Assembly: GCA_040954595.2 (NCBI GenBank)
Contig: CM082589.2
Coordinates: 1,404,009-1,468,008, forward strand
Length of the DNA: 64,000 bases
Direction: 5' to 3'
From: Balanoglossus misakiensis
Lineage: Eukaryota > Animalia > Hemichordata
Positions 1 to 19,800 of this stretch are shown piece by piece. Below the pieces are notes generated by a model that was not told the origin of the DNA, did not search any database, and was given only the letters and a program-made list of their open reading frames with translations. The position numbers and the translations under genes were made by a program. Position 1 is the first letter of the stretch, and the number at the start of each line of letters is the position of its first letter.

Positions 1-3000
1 AACAAGGCAAGTCTGGCTTCTTCAGAAGTACATCCACCAAATTTCTACAAACCAATCAGAGCTAGATCAGAACTAACCAGGGAATTCACAGTCAAATGAT
101 CCATACAAGTTTGGTGGTATGTGAATTGATATTCTGAGAAGCTTAATATATGTATTAATCCTTACCTGTATGATGCCAATAGCTCTGTGATATAGCTTGT
201 TATTACTGACTTTGACATCAATCATCAGATTCTTGTAAACTTTGCCGTTGAGAATGTGGCTGCCTGTACTGATTGAATTCAAGATCCATTTCAACGAAAT
301 CTCTATCAGGAAAGTCTCCAGGTGCTTAAACTTCTTGTCTTCTGAAAGCTGATTGGCTGATTGCACATGAAACATTGTAGCAACTTCATCCTGAATCTGT
401 TGCCATGGTAAATTCACTGAGAGTACTGATTTGAAGAGTGACAAAAATGGTCTGTCCTGCATAGAAATGACAAAAATGTGCATGTTAAGATTTCTGTTTC
501 CACAGCATGTATGTTTTTGATCTTGTGTCAGTCTGAAGTTCATAATGACCAAAATGTGAAAAAGCTTGGACAAAATCTCACCTGCAGTGACTGGTTTCCA
601 TGTTGGGATTCTGTGAAATGTATGATTCCAAATTGAGATGTGTGTTTCAGTACTGTTTCTGACATTGCACTTAACTGGTCCTTGTGACTGGCAAGATCTG
701 AGGATGAACAGAAATACTAAGTTACAGAGATGTTTCATGATGAAAAGCCTTATAACTATATTTGATATTTCACTGATGATAACAACTCAGTTTCCATCCT
801 GCACATGGCAAATGACCAAAACAATTCTATGTCATTGGCTGATCTCACCTTGATCTCTGAGTAGAAATATTACTGTGTCGTGTTTATCCAGTTTCCCAAT
901 CATATCTTTTTGAAAATGTTCAGCTGAGAGATTGAAAGGCTCGCCCTGGAATGATAGCAAATTTACATTATTGGATCCAGAATACTGACACAAATTTTGA
1001 CTAGTGTTTGTACACTCTCTCCAAATGTTATATGTCCCCTTTTCAACAAATTCTGAGTTTATTTGATGAGCAGTGGAGTTAAGACTGTGTGCCCAACTCA
1101 CCAAAGCAAGCATACTGGCACCTTCTCTATTACCGTAGACTTCATATCCTCCAACAACAAACCCTCTGATATCGTCCAAAGCTACAAGAAAAAAATACAA
1201 TCAATATGTCTGATTTCATAACACTGATGGGCATAAGTACAATTTCAATGTTTTTAATATTGTAAGTTCAGACATCTAGTATCTGGAATCATTATCTTAA
1301 ACAAAGGTATACTTGCTTGCTCCATAGGTAGGTGGACATTCTGAAGCATCAATAATACCCATAATTCCAAGTGAATCTACTCCGATGTAGTATATGTGAC
1401 CATTGTTGTTTAAACTGTTGAAAGATACAGAATGTAAATTGTATGGGTATCCATCCAGTGGCTTGTATTTTTCTTGCTAAATATTGTCTTAAAAACCAAC
1501 ATATCATCCTTTAACACAAGTTCCTGAGCTATCAGTCAAGATATTTTTGCAGTCAGACAGAGATCAAGAAAAATCTTATTCGACACTGACCTGTTCGCTG
1601 CCCATTGAACAAGTTGAGCAATCTGATCCGCATAGGTATAAGTTGTCTTGTAAATCAGTTGGTAGGAAGACAATAAACATTTCACAGGATCTCTGACGTG
1701 TTCATTGGTGTCTGTACTGAGATGTGCCAATGTGAAGATGGTTTCGAGAAGAATCTTCGTGGCGCTGCCACTTTTCATGCGCGAAGAACCAGTGATGGCT
1801 TCTGGCTGTGTGTGGAATGGAGAGCAAAGGTAAATACAGAACTATTGCAAAGTAATAAACATCTGACGATTATGGAATCTGAGACAGACAGAGAGAGAGA
1901 ATTGAGTACTTACACCAACAATGGGGTTCAAGATAGACGCATTATTGCACTTGCTGAAATCTTCTAATCTATTAGCCACTGTAAAAAAGACAGAAAATGG
2001 TTTAGACATGATATAAATGAAAGTGTTTTTAATCAAAGCAATAAATCGATGGTCATAAACAGAAGTTGTTATTTTACCTTGTAGGAATGTTTTTGGCCAT
2101 TTTTCTATGGGAATGTTCCTGGCAAGATCAACTGGATTGAACCCTAGCAGTACTGGAATGAATTTATCTGGGTGATCCATGCAATATTCCAACTGTCCTG
2201 CTACAAACGGTGCCTGGAAAAATAAGATCAAGATTTTGGTGATACCTGCCTCAATGAAACAGATGGTGCTGCAAATCTGTGAACAGTACGTTTCATGTTA
2301 TAACACGACACGATGCTGTGTCTGCACAAAGATTAACCACATCAGTCAGGTTTAATTCTTTGACTTACAGAAAGTCCACATGTTATCCCGACTACCAACA
2401 CCTTCTGTTTGCCTTCAGATACCTGTAAGGTCAAACATATAAAGTATTTGATATGATGTACCAATATATAACTTTTCAAGTACAAGTAATTCTCAATCAT
2501 TCAAATGTAACATACCAAGATGACAATTTGACAAATACACATGACCAATATACATATAATTTTGCTGACTGCATATTTTCATTCTTACCTCCTGCAAAGC
2601 TTTGATTCCGGCATATGGATCATCTTCTGGAGCTTCCTGAGAGGTCAGTAAAGCTTTATCACCCCCAGCAATAACATAGTGATAACACCCTGCTAAGCCC
2701 TGATTGGCTAAGAGTTTGTTGAATGACCTCTGATTGATACACAAAGAGAAGTGATGTCATCAATAGAGAAGTTGGATATCAATTAAGGAAGTGAACATCT
2801 TCGCTAATTGCCATTCAAAAAACCCTAAGACTAAGAGTGCTTAATCTATATTTTGGTGATTTCTAATTAAAAGAAAAGCTACTCCACTTACACAAATGAC
2901 AAAAGCCAGTCTGCCAGAAGTTCCACATCCACTTAGAACTATTGCATTGTGGGATGGATCCTGCAGACAAAGAAGGGCAGAGTTACAAGTCTAAAACTGT

Positions 3001-3463
3001 GGTAACTTTATAGGTTGAGTCTTGAGCAGCGAGTATCACCTTACCTTCAAGATGTCAGTCGTAACTTGAGCCAGCTGTGTGATCGTGTCAATTGTCTTCT
3101 CATTGTAAATATTCTGAAAGAGAATTGGATAAACATGTCAAAATTCAAACGGTATATACATACATAATTTCCTTTGTGAATGAGGATTTCTCTTGTTTTC
3201 TTATCGTATGACAGGAACATGAAGATTTCTTACTGGATAATCTGTCCAACCATTGAAAATCTCTGCATCACATTCTTCTAGCTTATTCACAATATCTGAA
3301 ATAAAATATAATGTGTAGACAGATTATATAAGTTCCATATATTATTTTTCCAAAATTGTCCTGTAGGATATTAGTTATTGCAATGAAAACTCATTTTACC
3401 TTTTGGAGAACAAACATCAATATTTTCTGTGATGTCATTGGTCAGTTCAGTCACTGGTTTCAT
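1..3463 (-). CDS. GCKR: Glucokinase regulatory protein homologue (GCKR/MurQ family, tandem SIS domains); spliced, ~14 coding exons in window, 3' end beyond left edge
   Basis: ATG at 3463 ([21 protein letters not shown]). Exons give [89 protein letters not shown] and [40 protein letters not shown], all colinear with GKRP/MurQ motifs. Splice sites flank each block. Confidence 0.93.
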
Positions 3464-4699
3464 GCCTTGTGATCACAGCGACCTGAAAGGTAAAAAATGG
3501 GAAAAAGATAGTTGGAAGATTTCGGATACCATGAGAAAATGTTCAGTCAGAGATAATGTTTGATATGGACTGATTATAAAGAGGAACCACTTCTTAACAT
3601 TAATGAACATCACAAAATGGTCTACCTATTTGTGTGCAAGTACTTCCACATTCAATTATACAAGAGATATGCAAGCTGGTTTCCTGATGTTCTGCAGGTC
3701 TGTACCTCACTTATAAGACATGTCACATCACCTTATTTAACTTAAACTATCTGGGCTTATCTGCTATATTATAATGTACCAGCGATATCGCTTTTGTTCC
3801 TTGATGCAGTCAGTCACTCAACAGTGCTTGAAGTCCATTCACCACAGCACAACCCAAACCCACCTCCCACTGTACTAACACTTCCCACAAATCAAAGGTG
3901 ACAATGTTAAATATCAATCTAAGATTCTCTTGTAATTCTCTCACATTTTCTGTCACAAATCCCCGCTGTTTTCACATCACTGACTTTTCACACCTTACCT
4001 GTGTCTATTCCCTTTCGAATTCCCTGTACAAGTCTGAGGTGCTACCCACTATGCACTACCTGTCTAGTTGGTATCAACAAGGTCAAACAACAATCCAAAG
4101 TACAGAAGGCAGGCCTTCCTGTACTGAGTCCTGAGTTGTGACCTTTGCACCTATAGAAACATTGTGCCTCCTTTGCATGAACCATCACGATTTTGAAACG
4201 ACCTACTTCAACACAATACATGAGCTGGTGGTTGGGTTTGTTAACAATCTGATTAAAATCAGATGTAGACAGTAGAGTTGGCTCGATCTTAACATTTTCT
4301 GGCTCTCTGCTGTTCATGTTATCAGATGTCCGCCTCTCATCTTTCAAGAACACAGTGGACATCGGAGAACAGAACTGCAAAGAACTTGACATCAGATTTT
4401 AATCAGATTGTTAACTTATACAGTACCAGGAAAAGTCAGGTTTTATTGCAATTTTTGCAAACAAACAAGGTACAATGCATGAGTTCTGAACAACCACTTT
4501 TCCACCTACTGACCATGACTTTTTGATCATATAAGCTGGCCCTTTCAATTAAATTTCTCTATGGCAACAGTGTAACTAGTATTATAGCTCCTGTTATATG
4601 GTTTTTGATCTATGATGAATGAATTTTTGATTTCATTTTTCTGGCAATTTCACTTTTTACTCCAAAACAAAGAACTCTCAACTTTGTAATTTGCATTTC

Positions 4700-5424
4700 T
4701 GGCGGAGCAGCGCCACCAACAGGCGAAACTTGGTGCACCGAATGACAGTGTCACTCAACTGCTCGCTGCGACCAGAACAGCAGGCATGCGTTTTCTATGT
4801 TCCGTGACCGACATTACCCTTATTTTACGTACATAGATTCCTAATGTAACTGCTTGACTCCATCGATGAACTTATGTCTTTTCCAGTTGGTTCCCGGCTC
4901 CTCCCAGATTCCCCGGACACAACTGAAGAACTTAGACTTCAGAAATTTCTGTATATTACAACCAACATTATTGGTCATACTTTAACATGGCCGTGTCACC
5001 AGGATCTTAAAAGTAGCCAATCACTACTGTGGTATTATAGAAATAAATAGCTCCTCTCCGCCCTGAGCCCACTCACAATGCGCATGTAGAAAAAGTCTGG
5101 ATTTATTCAAAATCCTCAATTTGAAGCCAATTATATTCTTTGAATCCAATCGCTATCTCATATATTAAATAAAATGGTCTCATATATTGCATTTTGCGAA
5201 CATCCGCTGGTTAAAAATGGCTGCCACCTGAGAACTATGTTTTACTGTGCTTAGGTGTTTACTGTGTGGTGCGGTCTAGTGAAATCTCGGAGGCAAAATA
5301 TCATTGATTAGCACTTCCTGGTGTATTTATACTGTATTTTATTTGTCTGGACGCGTTCTACAGCTTGCTCTACTGGTGTGATTGTGGTACCGTTTACTTT
5401 TGGATATATGTGACACTCGACAAG
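4700..5424. promoter_or_regulatory. Putative divergent promoter region of GCKR and the Src42A/FRK kinase
   Basis: Locally CpG-richer DNA between head-to-head genes. CCAAT boxes (~5017, 5128, 5147), GC-box CTCCGCCC (~5056), TGCGCATG (~5079), YY1-like AAAATGGCTGCC (~5214). Confidence 0.5.
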
Positions 5425-13831
<8,407 letters not shown>

Positions 13832-14440
13832 TCCTCCCCGTAATGATAATGGTATAGGCTTAGATGTTTTGTCTGTGGCTTCTGTTGGACTGGTCCATTG
13901 GTGTCTTCAGGTTGTGTCTCGTTTGTGTTGCTGTCAAACAAAGTGTATTCTTCCGTGCCATTGATTTCAAATTGTAGAAGTCTAAGAGCAATTTCAAACC
14001 ATAGTAAATGTGTAGAGAAACTTCAAGCAATTTTTGACCATGTGATATACACAGTTGACATCACAGGCACACAATGGGTAATATTTTATGTAAAGGATAA
14101 TATCAACTAGAAGAAGACCACACGAGTCTTAATGTCTCAGAAAATTGCTTTCAAAGTTTTAATATCATGTCTCATCTGTGATTATATTTATAAGTTTAGT
14201 TCGACCAGAATATTTTAACAAGATTGCTTTTTAAAAATGGAATTTCTTTCATCAATTTTGTTTTTTTTTTCTCATGATTTTACTTGATTAATTTCTGGAT
14301 ATTTGCAGTTCTTGTTTTTGCCAAGGTGACTTAATGCATATGAAGCAGTTTCAGAATTGTTAGCTGGACATATTAGTGGAGGAGTGTTTCAACATTTTTA
14401 TGGGAGGGGGGGGGGGGAATCGGCATTCAATTTGGTGGAA

Positions 14441-14500
14441 TGGAGAAGCAATGAAAAGTGCCTTGCTCAGGGGCACAACATTGCGGCCATGTCTACCTCT
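14441..14500 (-). mobile_element. SINE-like fragment in the kinase 3' region (same family as 50444-50670)
   Basis: Reverse complement reads catggccgcaatgttgtgcccctgagcaaggcacttttcattgcttc, nearly identical to catggccacaatgttatgcccctgagcaaggcactttacttctcattgcttc near 50545-50597. Confidence 0.65.
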
Positions 14501-15745
14501 TGGTCGTGCTATCTTGCAATGGGAGTTTTCTTGCTCCTGAACCACCAGTTTTGATAACTACAGTTTTAATATCCTCGATATGATATGCTACAAAACTGAG
14601 TTTGCTTCATGTCACAATGTTTTATAATAAATATGAATAGCTCACATCACATTACTGGTGACGGCCTCCCAGTAAGAGCATTTAGTTCAGTGATCATCTT
14701 TTTTCGATAAAATCTTTTTGTGTTTCCCCTATTGTGAAGTTACCTTTTTGCAGACGGGTACTATTTACAGTGGAAAAAAGTTGCGTGATTTCCTGCTGCG
14801 TTTTGAGGCAGCTTTTCGAAGTTCCTGAGGAAATCTGTTTTGAAGTGTAGTTTTAAATAATCATGTTACAGTAAAATTTTAAATTTATGCATTTATTGTA
14901 ATACCAAGAAAAACAGTGTAATGTATGTGTAAAAAGAAATTGTGGTCATCATATTAGTGTTAAATTTTAGCTTGTAGTTGCCACAAACATAGACTGCTAT
15001 CTGTGGTTTACAACGCAATTTTTACTCTACAATGTCATTGACATACAGCAGACGCTGTTTTTATGGCAAAATACGAGGCCAAGATATCATCTTTTAAAAC
15101 AATAATCAAGATTTTAGCAAGTTTTAGAAATATTATATTGACACCTTTTAAGTTTTCAAACCATGCTATCCTTTCTCCTCAAAGACATTGACCCTTTTTT
15201 CTAGGAAATTGATTTTTTGTGTATTTTTATCAAAACGAATATTATTTTGTAATAAACAATCCTGTTATCATATTTAGGATAGTCCTAATAAATTTACATG
15301 TTTTGTAATGCTGGGATTTGAAATTACAATGTCTTTTTTCTCTTTCAGATTTCAGCTATTTCCTCTTAAATGTAAATATATAAGTGGTGGACATGAGGTA
15401 GTTACCCTCATAGTATTTGCCTTGGAGACATTCCCCTCCCAACTCCTAGTGTTATGGATAGGATTAGGATTAGGGTAAGTGTCTGATGGGTGAAAGCTGA
15501 GAGGGTAACTGTCCTAGAACTAGAATATGATATTACTGTAGAGACGTGTTTAAGGTATCATGATAAAAATATTCAGTTGCAAACAAGGTACGTGCTCACA
15601 ACTTTTGGTACAATCAGTCAATTTTTATATATTGAGCATTGTCTTTGAATTTGTGGAATTTTTACATTCCAGTTGGTACAGTACAGTGTATGTTGTGTGA
15701 AAATAGCCTCTTATCCTATCCCAGCTCTGTAAGGTAATACACAGA

Positions 15746-15751
15746 AATAAA
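15746..15751 (+). terminator. Candidate distal polyadenylation signal of the kinase gene
   Basis: AATAAA at the end of a long U-rich region downstream of the stop codon; other AATAAA at ~14626 and 15251. Confidence 0.35.
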
Positions 15752-16867
15752 TTAATGAAAGATATCTTTATATCTTCCTTCTGGAGTTGTTTTTTTCACT
15801 GTTGTGGCATGTACAGCTGTACCGATGGCTTCAGAAATTGAAACCAAGCAAACAGTATTGACCTGTCCCCTCTCCCATTCTCGCCACTGGGTGCGCTGTA
15901 CGCTATAAGAGAAAAGCATATGGCGGAAAACGGACACACAGACGGACTGGCAGAACTGCGACCAGAACTGGCGTTTCATCACAAGCATGCAAGAACAAAC
16001 GTAAGTTTATCTCTCTTAAAGCGAAATAAGTTTTTACTGTGAAACCATTTTTCATGAACTGCTGTTCAACACGTTTAAATGTGATTTTGTTGCACACAAA
16101 TGACAAAAATTCACGAGCTACTGAACTCAAGCTAGGTGTGACCTAGCTACAGTTCAGTAGCTCGATTTTGCCTTGGTTACCGTTTGTGTGACCCAGTGGT
16201 ACCCCACTTCCCCCCAAGATGAATGAATTATTGTCATATTCTTTGATATTGGCTGCGAGGCATTCCTGATCCTTGCAGTCTAAGGCCTAATTGCCATCAC
16301 TGCCAGCAATGATGGTCAAAATCATAGGTGCCTAAAAAATAGGGTTAGGGACTTAGGGGTACCCCTACTCCTAAGTCCCTAACCCTACATAGGCTTAGGC
16401 CATATGTACAGGTCTGTGCAACTCACTGTTTCCGGAATGACAAGGTGGTGGTGGCCATGTTTTTCCGGGTACAGACAGACCTGTACGCAAGGCTGGGATT
16501 TACGTTCAATTGAACATCACATCAGCAACAAAATATTTCTTATTAAAGGTTTTGTTAATTAACATTAATCACAACAGAATCTTTGAAGTGAAGGAAAAAA
16601 AGATATTTATTGTAACTGAACAGGAAAAACAATGAAATTTATTTCAAAATTTTAGGGCATACATTCGACGTAATATTTCTTCTCTGGTCCATCAAACATG
16701 ATTTCCAAAATTAATTCTAAACCTTGTTTACTATATATCATCCGACACACAAATTCACTATGAGATAATTCTATGACAGTATAAATCACATGTCATGATC
16801 ACAGTCCCAATCCTATGTCTATCCTCATATCACAACATGACATCTGAGTGAAGGATAGGTCTTCATT

Positions 16868-19800
16868 TTAGAGGGTACTTCTGAATTCATCCAGTAGATA
16901 TGCAGGAATGTGAGCCTCGACTTTCTGAAACAGAGAAAACAATGAACGGTCACACAATTAATATTGTTACAGTGAGACAAATGAGGATCTTATGAAACAA
17001 CAAAGATGTGACTACACCAACCTTTCTTGGTGTTTCTGTGCAGTTTACAAACTCTTCTAAAAACACCAAAACGTTGACAACTTCAGTTGGCAATTCCAGC
17101 TTTTGACTGCAAGAAAGAGAGAGAGAGAGAAAACATGTCATTTTTTGGATGGATGGAAGAGTAGTTACAATACCACAAGAATTGTTATTATCAGCAGAAG
17201 ATAGTTATCATGAGCTCTGACGTGACTAACACACTATAAGCATGCCTCAATATAATTCCCTGCACCCCCTCTCTTACCTGGTTGCAACTGCGTCAACCAT
17301 GGATCTGACATACTGACCAAGCAAAGCCAGGTATTGGTCGGTGTTTTCATAGTGAAACTGTTTGAACAATGTGACAATTCCAGCGACCAATGGCGGGCCA
17401 TCCAATGGATCTCGTGGATTTCGACATACCATGCTCACTGTAACAAAAGACCATAACCGTTATGAGATGATACATTTTATCTCTGAAAACATTCTTTTTA
17501 ACATATAAGATACTCCCTACTTTTTTCAGTTGATTCAGAAATTGAAAACATGAAACTTACCAACAGATTTTGTGTACTGCAGCTTGGGTAGATGTGAAAT
17601 CACAAACAAGAATCCAAAGAGTGCAAAGTAAGGAACTCTCTTCGTTGTTATGTAGATCTGAAACAGATTGGACACGATTTTCTGATGAAGATTTGTTAGG
17701 TCAAACATTTCAGTTGAATCATGGGCTAAATTCAAAATGGCCGCCCCCATGATGACATGTAAATGTTCATTATTTTATTACCTTAGTAAATGGATTACTA
17801 ATGCCAGCACATTCGAGGTATGATGTCAACTCATACATCAATGGGTTGTCTTCTTTGGGATATGGCAGTGATGGGTCTTGGTAATGAGCTTCTATGTCCG
17901 TCAGTATGCCCCTGAAGAGACAGATAATTCACATCAACAAATTTTGTATTCTGATGCATGTTGTTCATATTTCGGGTCACATCACTTGTGCATTTTCAGC
18001 ATCTTGTGTTCCTAGAATGCTAGACATTAGTCACAGGCCGTGTAGAATGTTCTGATCTGTAGTGTACCTGTTCATTGTTTGCAATGCACTTGCCAGCAAA
18101 CTGGAATCAAACTTGCATGAGAAGTTCAGCTCGTTGGCGATCTGTTTCCGCAGCAACTGCATCTGTCCCACCTAGCAACAGGTGAAGAAAGAGGGAAATG
18201 TGATACACATGAACAAAGCACATCCTGTGATATTTTTGGTGACAAACAGCAAACTGGATAAAGTCTGGCCATTACACACACAGATACAGACTGCTTGAAA
18301 CGGAATAAGAGGCATCTTACCTTGAGGACAACATCCAGGAATGGTGGCCATAGTTTGGCAGCCTTAGTACATGCTTGGTTGTAGACCTTGGCTGGGTTAT
18401 CTATGAAGTTCATATGATATAATGTGGTTAAACCTGTTCACCCCCAGTTTCCTCTAAAGAAGTCCAAATTTACCATAGAAAACAATTGGATTTGGGTCAA
18501 ACCATAGTGGTGAAAGGGATAATATAGGCACTTACCAACCAAACCCACAACTGGGTTCAGCGATCTCAGGAAGTTTCCAAGGAATTCCAACCAAGCTTTA
18601 TCTCGTAGAACACCCCGGTTAAGAATGGTTATGAAGTTCTGTAGCTCTTTGACAATCATGAAACACAACAACCGATCTAAACCAGTCAGTCCGTATGTAC
18701 CAATACTGTTCTGTAATATATAATTCACACAGATAAGAAAATTGATTTTCAATTAGTTTAATGTTAGGATGCATAAATTTGGCTTCCTTTGGTGATATCT
18801 TACCTGGACTTTGGCGAAGAGTCGTATGGTCATGACCTCCTGTTTGGTTTTGTTGTCATACCAGGTGTTCATTTTGTCAATGTAGCAAGTTAATCTGAGA
18901 AGAGAAATTGCAGAAAATTAGAAGACATTAACAGGAAGTGATGTCACATTTTGAAAAGAGTGAACAGTCCTGCTCCAGTCTGAATTATGAAGTGTTCTAG
19001 TACAGTGTTCAACACATACCTTGGATCAGTGATTCTCAGGATCTCGCGAGCTAATCGTCCAATGAAATTGACCGATATATCCATAGGTACTGGGGCATAT
19101 CTGGGAATGGGGATTGCTGTGGACTGATAGACACTTTGCCAATCCAAGACCTGTGAAAGGTGTCCAAGGAAAAACGAGTTTTAGCATCATAATGTTGGGT
19201 CATTCAGAATTTGTGAATATTGTCTACACTGAGAAAGAAGTCCTTCTTTACCTTGGTTCTGAGAAAACTATTGCACTCCTGTTCAACATTGTAGTTGATG
19301 ATTCTGGACACTTCTTCCTGCCAGATTTTCAACCCATAAATACTGACATAATCTTGGATATATTCAAATGATCTTCTGTATCCATCCATCCTGGCTCCCA
19401 AGGCATCTAGCTTATTACTCAACTCACTTATCTGTGTGAAGAGAATTGTATAATTGTTATTACTTTATTGTACTGATTATCTCATCCAAATCCATTGTTA
19501 TCTGTTGGAGGTTGGACATGATGTAGCTAACCTTGAGTTTCGTATTGAAGATCAATCCTTCATGTAAAGCCCATGCTACTTGTCTGACCAGCTCTTTACG
19601 GATGCCGTCCTCTAGTAACTGTTTGGGATCAATCTGCAAACAAATCACACATCAAACTGAGTCAGACATGAACAGGAACCAACTGATACTAAAATAAGTA
19701 AATTCTAGAATTCCAATGCTCCATAGTCCAAGCATAACATGGCAATAAGATGTTAATAAGATGACTTACCTTGATAATTCCAACCAGTGTAGTTTTCATC

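Noticed and set aside
73-738. 221-aa ORF as a stand-alone gene
   Set aside because: It is a read-through of GCKR exons and introns; only part of it is in the true coding frame.
15920-16042. Resemblance of LAFHHKHARTNVSLS to the start of a Neuralized (NHR) domain
   Set aside because: Too short, lacks the conserved Gly and stops after 40 codons; no product assigned.
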